Origin: Candidatus Nitrospira inopinata
Lineage (GTDB): Bacteria; Nitrospirota; Nitrospiria; Nitrospirales; Nitrospiraceae
Assembly: GCF_001458695.1 (NCBI RefSeq)
Contig: NZ_LN885086.1
Location: 390,001-422,000 of the forward strand
DNA: 32,000 nucleotides
Reading direction: 5' to 3'
Below the pieces are notes generated by a model. It was not told the origin of the DNA. It was given only the letters and a program-made list of their open reading frames with translations, and made no database searches. Each line of letters opens with the position of its first letter. Within the stretch, counting starts at the first letter, position 1. This document shows, piece by piece, positions 17,528 through 24,600 of this stretch. A program made the translations under genes and the position numbers.

Positions 17528-19183
17528 TCATCGAAGCCGAAGCCCCTGAGGCGCGGGCAATTCTCTTTCGCATTCGGCGAGGGTCAAAATGAAATTATTG
17601 GGAAGTACGCGCCGTTGAGCGGCGTCAACCGCTCCCCTCATACAAAACACGTTCGAGGCCATGCGCACACCGGGCGACAGATCCCTTGCCGTCACAACCG
17701 GAACCGCGACGTCGCCGAAGACATTATCCCGAATCTCGACGTTGACCGGCGGACAACAGGGTTTGAGCACTGCCACCCCTGCCACCCCTGCCACCCCGCC
17801 TCTTGTTCTGTTATTCCTAATAACCGCATTCGCCATGTTCTGCGACTTAAAGGCAAAGGCGGAATAGGGCTCAGCAACGGTAATGTCGTTGTTATAAATT
17901 TCGAACCGCGGCCGAAAATCGAAGACACCTCTTAAAGCAATCCCATGCGCGTTGGACATCGTGATCACATTGTTTCTGACAATCGTTGTGCCTCGATTCT
18001 CGTAAGGATCGACCACGATCCCCGAAAAACCGTGCTCTGGGGTGGCCCCTGGCATGTACACATTGCGCACCACATTGTGCTCCACGATGATGTTCGACGA
18101 CAGAACCCCAATCCCATAGTGGCCTTTCAAATCAAAGAGCGTATTGCGATCGATGATGCCCGCGAACACACCAGACTTGATATCTAATCCCTCGCCGTTT
18201 GCCCAGCCATCGACACCGACGGATCTCCATCCAAAGTCATTGCCTCCGATCGTGTTCCCGCTGATTCTCAGCATCCGCGTCACCACCAGCCCCTGTTCCC
18301 GCCCCTGATCAGGCCCACTGAGGTAACGAATATAAACTCCTTCTTGACCATTGGCCGTGATGGTGTTGTTCAGAATATCCACATCGCGAAAGGTATTGGT
18401 CCCCCCGATGTGGATTGCCTGATAAGCATTGCCAAAAAATTCACAGTCAGCCACCCGCAAGGAGCCGTATCGCGCATCGGATGATTGGTAAAAAAAACCG
18501 ATGGCATACTCGTTCGCGAACGAAAGTCGCAACCCTTCCACCACTACCCGTTCGACATTGCCGGGCTGAAGCTCGATGATGTGGCTTCTGTGTGACACAT
18601 AGAAATCCCGCGATGGCTCCACGCCGGGAAGCGGCCTGACGTACAGGGCTCCACCTGCGACATCGTGAAAGAATTGGCCGGGAACGTTGAGCAACGTCAG
18701 CGCGGAGACCTTGTCATAAAATCGGCCGTTCCTCTCGTCGTACACAATGAGAATGTCCTTGGGACCGTGAGAGCCCGGCGCGATCGACGCCTCCGCCGAG
18801 ACGATCTCGCTATTCGGCGCGCGCAACCATGACCGGATGCGGGTGGCACCGACAAGATGGGGAGGCTGAGCGGCGTCGCCATAGGCCTCGATCGTAAGGG
18901 AGCGGGATACTTTGAGCAACGCGCTTTCCCACGTGCATCCCTTCTTGAAGCGGACATTGTCGCCGTTGCGAAAATTAAATCCGGAGACTTTATCGGTCGA
19001 TCTCCAGGCCCGCGTCTCGCTCAACCCATCGTTGGCGTCGCTTCCCGTGTCGCAGTCCACATAGTAGATCGCGGCCCGGGTTTCTGTCGCCGCGATCAAC
19101 GCCATACAAAGCAGGGCGTAGATGATCACGCCGTGCCGGAAGGTCGCCGCAGTTGCGAAACACCAGTGAAATCGCTCACGCAT
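17528..19183 (-). CDS. Secreted right-handed parallel beta-helix repeat protein; first gene of the EPS operon
   Basis: 551-aa ORF. The ATG at 19183 is preceded by ggaggtg. It has a signal-like IIYALLCMALIAATETRAAIYYVD and the typical YYVD..GSD.NDG N-terminus of beta-helix proteins. Repeated rungs include ILNNTITANG, ISGNTIGGN, VEHNVVRN, VRNNVITM, IYNNDITV and IRNNRTRG. Confidence 0.75.
   Translation of the reverse strand: MRERFHWCFATAATFRHGVIIYALLCMALIAATETRAAIYYVDCDTGSDANDGLSETRAWRSTDKVSGFNFRNGDNVRFKKGCTWESALLKVSRSLTIEAYGDAAQPPHLVGATRIRSWLRAPNSEIVSAEASIAPGSHGPKDILIVYDERNGRFYDKVSALTLLNVPGQFFHDVAGGALYVRPLPGVEPSRDFYVSHRSHIIELQPGNVERVVVEGLRLSFANEYAIGFFYQSSDARYGSLRVADCEFFGNAYQAIHIGGTNTFRDVDILNNTITANGQEGVYIRYLSGPDQGREQGLVVTRMLRISGNTIGGNDFGWRSVGVDGWANGEGLDIKSGVFAGIIDRNTLFDLKGHYGIGVLSSNIIVEHNVVRNVYMPGATPEHGFSGIVVDPYENRGTTIVRNNVITMSNAHGIALRGVFDFRPRFEIYNNDITVAEPYSAFAFKSQNMANAVIRNNRTRGGVAGVAGVAVLKPCCPPVNVEIRDNVFGDVAVPVVTARDLSPGVRMASNVFCMRGAVDAAQRRVLPNNFILTLAECERELPAPQGLRLR
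17771..17797 (-). repeat. In-frame 3 x 9 bp tandem repeat inside the beta-helix CDS
   Basis: tgccacccc x3 at 17771-17797 encodes (GVA)3 within ...RGGVAGVAGVAVLK... Confidence 0.9.
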
Positions 19184-19350
19184 TTTGACACCTCCATGGG
19201 GGAATGGTGGGCCCGGTGCGTCAAAAAATATACCGCACGAGATCCTTCAGACCCATTCTTCTCTTCCGCCATTCCATAGTCGGTGTTCGTCCGGTTCACA
19301 AAATAAGCACGAATCTCCTCTTGCCATCATCATAATATTGAGACGCGCCA

Positions 19351-19368
19351 GTTTACTGAGTTTACTGA
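19351..19368. repeat. Perfect tandem direct repeat, 2 x 9 bp (GTTTACTGA), upstream of the EPS operon
   Basis: gtttactga gtttactga at 19351-19368, about 170-185 nt upstream of the first EPS gene start (19183, minus strand). On the minus strand it is followed by a tattat -10-like hexamer. Confidence 0.85.
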
Positions 19369-19868
19369 TGGTGACCGCCGGAATCGGACACTGGGTCTTA
19401 AGTTTGTGTTAACGAATAGTTAAAAGAACGCCCGGCGCAGCGCCGGCCGTTTCACAGGAATGATTTCTGTTGCAACAGGGGCATCGATCGGCACCCCTGA
19501 CATTGGATTCCCTCCCGGCACGGCTATAATCTTTCTTACGGGCGCATGGGAGGGACGCCGCCGCTTTCTCCAAGTTTAGCTTGGCATTCAAGAATACCAC
19601 CGTCGGCGAGACATCTTTCAATAGCATGTCGAGACAACAATCAAGAACAACGAACACGAATGAGGCCTTGAACATGCCGGGCTGCCCACACATTGTCTGG
19701 TGGCTGATTTGCGCATCCGTCTTTTCACCGGTCTTCTAATAATCCTTCCTCTCCCATCCTTTCCTTCTGAAGCAAGATGATCGGGCAAGCGGCCCGAGTC
19801 CCGTGGCCGCCATCGCCCGTGAAACCACCCCGAGCATCTGTCGCCTTCCGATTCCCCGCACATGAGAA

Positions 19869-19899
19869 TCTTTTTACCTTATTTGGTGCAGTCGTTGGC
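19869..19899 (+). promoter_or_regulatory. Sigma-54-like box 5 (-12 reads TTGG)
   Basis: TCTTTTTACCTTATTTGGTGCAGTCGTTGGC. It lies about 154 nt upstream of the pseudo-receiver start at 20053. The upstream half is less conserved than in boxes 1-4. Confidence 0.3.
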
Positions 19900-20052
19900 A
19901 CCGTTCGGTAGCCCCTCTCCGCCGGCCTGTGGTTTCATGCGCCTCACCGTGGAACGCGCTCATGGCATCGTTTCGGAACATTCTTTGGCGCATCGACCCG
20001 TCATAATTGAGCTTTGGACCGAGAAAGACGGTCCCGGAAAGGAAGGTTCTCC

Positions 20053-20778
20053 ATGTCGAACGAATCGCAAAAAAAGAGAGCGTCCGTCCTGATCGCGACG
20101 CACGATCTCGCCTTTGGAATCAAGCTTGCCGATTGGCTGGCCGTTCACGGCTACCAAGCCGTGCTGATCCGATCATGGCTGACAATGATCGACGAGTGCC
20201 GGGACCTCCGTCCCCGTGCGGTCGTGATCGACCTGTCTCGACGCGAACAGACGGTCTCGCCCAGTTATGAGGAGGTGTTGCGGGCCATCGAGACCACCTG
20301 CCCTCGCGCAGTGGTGGTTGTCATGGACGATCCTCCCGGCGCGTCGCCCGTGCAGAGGGGAAGAGATACCGCCCTTCGCTACATTCGAACTCAACCCGCC
20401 GATTTTGCACACATCGGCCGCCTCCTTCACTCTGAGATCGATCACGATGCGACGATTCTTCCCGGGACGCACGCTGCGCGGACTTCCCATGATCAATGGA
20501 CCCTGCACGGCCGCGCCCGCCAAGGAGAAAGACCGAGCGAGATAAATCATCGGATTTGCCACCGCTGCCAAGGCTTGATGCACCCCATCGACCCGCTCGA
20601 TCCGCTAGATGCCCTCCGAACCGGCGAGCGAGACGGCTTGCAAGCGTGGCGCTGCATCTCCTGCGGGAATCTCATTGATCCCGTCATCATTCGGAACCGC
20701 CACGTTGTCATGGCGAACCGCGCCCGCCGGCGGGGGACCTCTCCGCGCCAACCGGTGTTCAAGGGAGCGCCTTCCTAA
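20053..20778 (+). CDS. Pseudo-receiver (REC-like) domain protein with a C-terminal 4-Cys zinc ribbon; uncharacterised regulator candidate
   Basis: I placed the start at ATG 20053, preceded by ggaaaggaagg; the track start is 20014. The N-terminus, SVLIATHDLAFGIKLADWLAVHGYQAVLIRSWLTMIDECRDLRPRAVVIDLS...AVVVVMDD, has the CheY-like beta-alpha periodicity and a candidate acceptor Asp (VVIDL). It lacks the N-terminal DD pair and the conserved Lys. C-terminal CxxC pairs are at 20557-20568 (CHRC) and 20653-20664 (CISC). Confidence 0.55.
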   Translation: MSNESQKKRASVLIATHDLAFGIKLADWLAVHGYQAVLIRSWLTMIDECRDLRPRAVVIDLSRREQTVSPSYEEVLRAIETTCPRAVVVVMDDPPGASPVQRGRDTALRYIRTQPADFAHIGRLLHSEIDHDATILPGTHAARTSHDQWTLHGRARQGERPSEINHRICHRCQGLMHPIDPLDPLDALRTGERDGLQAWRCISCGNLIDPVIIRNRHVVMANRARRRGTSPRQPVFKGAPS

Positions 20779-20813
20779 GTCGGAGAAAACAGTCGAGAAA
20801 AGAGGGCGGCGGA

Positions 20814-21020
20814 GTCGTCTGTGGGCAGACACTCTCGCTGCTGCTACACGCCAGACTCCGTCTCAATCCAGGCAGCAGTGCTCCCGCCCAAGCGGAGCGC
20901 CCCCCGTGGGGATCCGTTGGGAGATCTTTTTGCCCGCGCCCGTCTCCTGCCCCCCCTTCTCCCCCCTATGGGATCCGTTAACGTATTGCTTCCCAGCCCG
21001 ATCGAACCTACAATCATTTC
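20814..21020 (+). repeat. Left copy (A) of the diverged direct repeat bracketing the two-small-ORF cassette
   Basis: It shares ordered blocks with 21521-21672: gtgg(g)cagac, ctgc.gctac, actc.gtc, aatcca, the 18-nt identical gatctttttgcccgcgcc (20923-20940 = 21618-21635), a C-rich tract, attgc..ccca and atcattt.gt. Copy A carries about 40 extra nt. Confidence 0.6.
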
Positions 21021-21254
21021 GTGTATTTCGAGATCATCGGCGAGATTGAGGACATTGAAACGATCGCGGTCGGTGGTAGGATCAGAGACATCATACGGCT
21101 CCGGCAGGCATTTGGCCCAGGGCGGTGGAGAAAGCTCAAAGACAGGGCACGGGTTAGGCTGGCAAACGGAATGATTCGACTGGCCGAAGTCCACTGGTAC
21201 GAAGCGCATGGTATCGGACGGAAGAAGATGAAGATCAAAAGATTCCTGAATTGA
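21021..21254 (+). CDS. Small conserved hypothetical protein (77 aa)
   Basis: GTG start, the first possible start after an in-frame TAA at 20979. Sequence: MYFEIIGEIEDIETIAVGGRIRDIIRLRQAFGPGRWRKLKDRARVRLANGMIRLAEVHWYEAHGIGRKKMKIKRFLN. I recall this M-Y-F-E-I...VHWYEAHGIG...KIK pattern as a recurrent unannotated small-protein family, but I cannot verify that here. Confidence 0.55.
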   Translation: MYFEIIGEIEDIETIAVGGRIRDIIRLRQAFGPGRWRKLKDRARVRLANGMIRLAEVHWYEAHGIGRKKMKIKRFLN

Positions 21255-21264
21255 GGGGGAGATC

Positions 21265-21495
21265 ATGCGACGAAAACAAGCCGGCCAGAGATTCGTCTTG
21301 TGCGTAAGGAACGACGATTGTGACGATCTTGAGACACGCAAGGTCTATCGTGTGCTCAGGGACCCCAAAGCGGAAAAAGAGGGATACCTGCGCGTGATCG
21401 ACGAATCGGGTGATGATTACCTCTATCCTACCTCCTATTTTGTCCAGATCGAATTGCCGCAGGAGGCGGAACAAGTCATCGCCGCTGCCGGCTAG
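21265..21495 (+). CDS. Small conserved hypothetical protein (76 aa), translationally coupled to the 77-aa ORF
   Basis: The ATG is preceded by gagggggag and lies 10 nt after the upstream stop. Sequence: MRRKQAGQRFVLCVRNDDCDDLETRKVYRVLRDPKAEKEGYLRVIDESGDDYLYPTSYFVQIELPQEAEQVIAAAG. The ...YLRVIDESGDDYLYP..YFV.IELP block resembles a recurrent uncharacterised small-protein family (from memory, unverified). Confidence 0.55.
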   Translation: MRRKQAGQRFVLCVRNDDCDDLETRKVYRVLRDPKAEKEGYLRVIDESGDDYLYPTSYFVQIELPQEAEQVIAAAG

Positions 21496-21520
21496 CCTTC
21501 GAAGAGATAACGGGGTCGGG

Positions 21521-21672
21521 CGTCGTTTCGTGGCAGACGCTTTCACTGCCGCTACGGACCGCACTCTGTCATAAATCCATACATCGGCGACCCCGCTGAG
21601 CAGAGCCTCCCGTAGGGGATCTTTTTGCCCGCGCCGTCCCGTATCCCCCTTCATTGCCCATCATTTTTGTCA
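21521..21672 (+). repeat. Right copy (B) of the diverged direct repeat; it runs directly into sigma-54-like box 1
   Basis: See copy A. By-eye identity is roughly 70-75 percent over the alignable part. Confidence 0.6.
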
Positions 21673-21692
21673 CACCTGTTGCAGGAATTGCC
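21664..21692 (+). promoter_or_regulatory. Sigma-54-like box 1 (non-canonical -24 GT)
   Basis: TTTTTGTCACACCTGTTGCAGGAATTGCC. The core CTGTTGCA-N4-TTGC has the -24/-12 spacing. It lies about 308 nt upstream of the PEP-CTERM start at 22000. Confidence 0.35.
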
Positions 21693-21999
21693 ATCCATCA
21701 GTAGCTCCGTTCGTCGCATTGGGGCATAACCGACCATCGAAAAACTACGTGGTCGAAACACTACGTAGATCCATCGCTTGCTCACAGAAACAGGCAGAGG
21801 GATTCAGATTCTTGACGCAAGATTAACCGCGGATCGACAAGGAGCAAACCTGCTTATAACACTGGAGCGGGAAAAGAGTCGTGGTGACGATGAGAGGTGC
21901 GAGGCAGCGCGTGAGCCGGCCATACGCGCTTGTAGTCACGATATACATTTTCTGCTGAGCCAATCCTTCGACGTGGAGAAGGAGAAAGGAGCATCTCCC

Positions 22000-22821
22000 A
22001 TGGATGGGAACATTTCTACTGTTCGTTCTGTGTCGCGTCGAGTAAACCGAGCGACCCACCTTATCAAGTTGGCATTGTTCGGAGCGTGGATCGCGGGAAT
22101 TCTGTCGCTGGGCTCTCTCGGGCCTGCCGCCGTGGCCCACGCGCAAGTGGCGATTCCAGCCGAACCCTTGCTGTCCGTCACCATCGGGCAGGAACAATTT
22201 CAAGCGACACCCGCCTGGCGCTACGACCGGGAGCAGGATCTGTTCACACTTGCCCAACCTTTGACCTTCACCCATTCAAGCGGCAGCACCTTGATTATTC
22301 AAGACGCCGGGGCGATTCCTGATCCAGTGTTGTTCTTCTCCGCCAGCGCCACAAACTTAGCTACGATTCCCTTGGCCTATTCGTTCGCCTTCAACGTTCC
22401 CCTGACACCCTCTCTGCTCGGTCCTATCAACTCTCACGCTGAATTGGGGATCACGCTCACTGATGGTTTCAATAATGGCGCCACCGTGCAACCCGTCGTG
22501 CCAGGCGGCAGCCTGTTGACTTCGTATGACCTCTTCTCAAACGGCAGTCCGATCTCAAAGAACGTCGATATCGGTTCGCTCTTTTCTATCCTGAGCGGTA
22601 CCGGCACAACTACATTCAGCGCCAACGGCCAACTCACCTGCGGGCAACCTTGCGTGACCATGTCGGCCATCCTGTCATTTACACTGACCCCGCAGGATGC
22701 CGCCGGCTTCAGCGGTCGGGTTGTCCAGACGCCGGTTCCACTGCCGGCTGCCTTATGGCTCTTTGGCGGCGGGCTGGCAACATTCATTGGGGCGACCCAA
22801 CGACGGCGGATAGGCGCATAG
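22000..22821 (+). CDS. PEP-CTERM sorting-domain protein (exosortase substrate), N-terminal domain unknown
   Basis: I chose ATG 22000, preceded by ggagaaggagaaagga. The track start TTG 21778 adds 74 non-signal-like residues. The signal peptide is ...LIKLALFGAWIAGILSLGSLGPAAVAHA|Q. The C-terminus TPVPLPAALWLFGGGLATFIGATQRRRIGA shows VPLP + TM + Arg cluster, the PEP-CTERM signature. Confidence 0.8.
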   Translation: MDGNISTVRSVSRRVNRATHLIKLALFGAWIAGILSLGSLGPAAVAHAQVAIPAEPLLSVTIGQEQFQATPAWRYDREQDLFTLAQPLTFTHSSGSTLIIQDAGAIPDPVLFFSASATNLATIPLAYSFAFNVPLTPSLLGPINSHAELGITLTDGFNNGATVQPVVPGGSLLTSYDLFSNGSPISKNVDIGSLFSILSGTGTTTFSANGQLTCGQPCVTMSAILSFTLTPQDAAGFSGRVVQTPVPLPAALWLFGGGLATFIGATQRRRIGA

Positions 22822-23227
22822 CTTTCTGCGCGCATCGGATTGCCACCACTCTGATTTTCTATTGTGAATCCGTGGTCTATCTGATTGTGCCGCAGTTCGG
22901 TTCAGATCAATGGAAGAACATATGCAGCATTCTTTGGGAAAAGACCGACGATCATCCCTTGTGTTGAGCCCGCTTTCACATACCCGTTTATGACGGATTA
23001 GTCACAAACGACCCTTGTTGATGAATATGACGAAACGCGCGATTGACCAAATGCAACGCGCTCTCTGCTTCAACCATGACTTTCCTGGATGCAAGGTGAG
23101 TCGAGTGAGGCCTCCCTTGAGAGATTTCACACTCCTGAGTCTGCCTCACAGAATTCGGAGCCAAGCTATGTAGTTACACCGAGCATTCTTCGTGCCAACT
23201 TGTCAGAAAAATCTGGAAGTTGGTCAC

Positions 23228-23256
23228 TTTTTGTCACACCTGTTGCATCCGTTGCA
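23228..23256 (+). promoter_or_regulatory. Sigma-54-like box 2 (non-canonical -24 GT)
   Basis: TTTTTGTCACACCTGTTGCATCCGTTGCA. The first 20 nt are identical to box 1. It lies about 106 nt upstream of the PEP-CTERM start at 23362. Confidence 0.4.
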
Positions 23257-23361
23257 AATTTGCTCTGGCAAACGCCGGGGGTGGGGTGGTATGCTCTCCT
23301 CCGTTCACGCTCAGAATCGCTCTGGCAATGAACGGTTCATTCAGCCAAAGGAGAGACTGCC

Positions 23362-24087
23362 ATGAAGCGTTTAATTCGGTGGAGCATTGCGTTGGGTTGT
23401 GCTGGTCTATTGACCTCGCCGTTGCCTTCGACTGCCGCCATTCTCGTGCCGAATCCTGGCTATGCTCCTGGGATCGGTTACGAATGGGGCATCACCATGG
23501 ATCAAAACGATTGGATCGTGTTCGGCAGCACAGATCATCCGAATACCCCGCAGAATGCCGGCGTCGGCGCACGAAGCTGGGCCGAACCATTGAACCCCGA
23601 TGGGCTCAAGGGCTGGACTCACACGGTGCATTGGGTGGCGTTGGATTTAAGCGGCCTCACGGAAACTACGATCTTGGATGTCACCATGGCCCGCGGTACC
23701 ACCGGGGAATTGTTCCCGGCTTTCACTCTCTATAGAGGCTGGGAATTAACGGGGCCGGAGTCGCACGAGTTCAATAACATCGGCTCGACTCCGTGGGCAT
23801 CGAGCTTGGAGTATATTGGGCATGTTCAAAATGGCGGCGGTCCAAACGGCACCGACAACGGGAAAGGTGTTGCCTCTATCGCCGCACAATTTATCTTGGA
23901 ACCTGGTCTCTATTCGCTTGCTTTGGGCGGTAATCCTCCTTACGACGCGGACCAATCCGGACGGCAGGCTTATAGCGCCCGCATCAAGACGGCGCCGATT
24001 CCTCTCCCTGCGGCAATCTGGCTCATCGGCGGTGGCCTGGTAGGTCTGGCAGGCCTGGCGAGACGGCACCATTCCTCAGCTAAGTAA
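23362..24087 (+). CDS. PEP-CTERM sorting-domain protein, paralog family A
   Basis: SD aaaggagag. Signal peptide MKRLIRWSIALGCAGLLTSPLPSTAA. C-terminus APIPLPAAIWLIGGGLVGLAGLARRHH. It aligns along its whole length with the 26321-27028 product. Confidence 0.85.
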   Translation: MKRLIRWSIALGCAGLLTSPLPSTAAILVPNPGYAPGIGYEWGITMDQNDWIVFGSTDHPNTPQNAGVGARSWAEPLNPDGLKGWTHTVHWVALDLSGLTETTILDVTMARGTTGELFPAFTLYRGWELTGPESHEFNNIGSTPWASSLEYIGHVQNGGGPNGTDNGKGVASIAAQFILEPGLYSLALGGNPPYDADQSGRQAYSARIKTAPIPLPAAIWLIGGGLVGLAGLARRHHSSAK

Positions 24088-24109
24088 CTCTCCTTTGTAG
24101 GATCTGTGT

Positions 24110-24151
24110 CGGGGCGGCCTTAATCGGTCGCCCCGCTCGCTTTCTTTTTAT
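24110..24151 (+). terminator. Rho-independent terminator candidate after the PEP-CTERM gene 23362-24087
   Basis: Stem 24110-24119 (cggggcggcc) pairs with 24126-24135 (ggtcgccccg): 10 bp including one G-U, with a 6-nt loop. A T-rich run tttctttttatt follows a few nt downstream. Confidence 0.6.
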
Positions 24152-24600
24152 TCCCCTCTCACCTTCTTCTCCCCGTAATTTTCTGTCTAGTCCGGTACAT
24201 GGAGGAGCAGAAGTGAGTAGAACTGTCCCCGCCGATGTGCTAACGCTCACCGCGCCAACGTGAGGAGTTTGGTGTGCTGAGCGGCTGCTTGAGGTTGGTG
24301 GAGATCCGACAGGGCTATTGTACGCAAGACTATTTTCTGATTGAGCCACTGCACGTGCACCGCTTCAAATCTCCCCTCTCACACACAACGCTTGCATCCG
24401 CACCAGACAGGAGAAACGATTCACCTCACACCTCGCAGAATGTATTCGCATTCCACAAGAGGCGGCAATGGATGAGGCGAGATGATGAACCATGCAATCC
24501 AATCCTTTGCGTAACGGTTCGGATCCTCTCCTTCCCAAAGCCCGCTACCTTAACCCATCGCACCCCAGAAGAGAAGAGACCCCACGGCACAGGCTCACGA

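Noticed and set aside
19430-19447. GC hairpin ccggcg-cag-cgccgg, followed on the minus strand by gttctttt (terminator-like)
   Set aside because: The stem is only 6 bp with a 3-nt loop, and no upstream minus-strand gene would need terminating here. It is probably incidental or part of a protein-binding palindrome.
19674-19739. 21-codon plus-strand mini-ORF MPGCPHIVWWLICASVFSPVF with a GAGG 8 nt upstream
   Set aside because: It is tempting as a small membrane or leader peptide, but an ORF this short arises easily by chance and I have no conservation evidence. Ribosome profiling or comparative genomics would be needed.
19409-19863. Minus ORFs 19409-19693 (94 aa) and 19618-19863 (81 aa) in the divergent control region
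   Set aside because: They have no SD, Cys/Arg-rich odd composition and no family resemblance. The region is more plausibly regulatory.
21235-21654. 139-aa minus ORF and 165-aa minus ORF 20844-21341, antisense to the small-ORF cassette
   Set aside because: They overlap the two coupled plus-strand ORFs, which have a proper SD (second ORF) and family-like sequences. The antisense translations are low-complexity and span the repeat elements.
21800-21860. GEMM-like fragments (gacgcaag..., ggagcaaacc) in the leader of the 22000 gene, and ggcaaacg after box 2
   Set aside because: They are isolated short matches in the wrong order relative to the c-di-GMP-I riboswitch consensus as I remember it. 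This is not enough to call a riboswitch without a covariance-model scan.
21778-21999. TTG-initiated 74-aa N-terminal extension of the first PEP-CTERM protein
   Set aside because: The extension is charged and non-signal-like. A strong SD and an ATG at 22000 give a protein with a normal signal peptide.
23021-23173. 50-codon plus ORF MNMTKRAIDQMQRALCFNHDFPGCK... and the listed 80-aa ORF 23089-23331
   Set aside because: They have no SD and no recognisable features. The second runs through box 2, and the region is better explained as an intergenic spacer or promoter.
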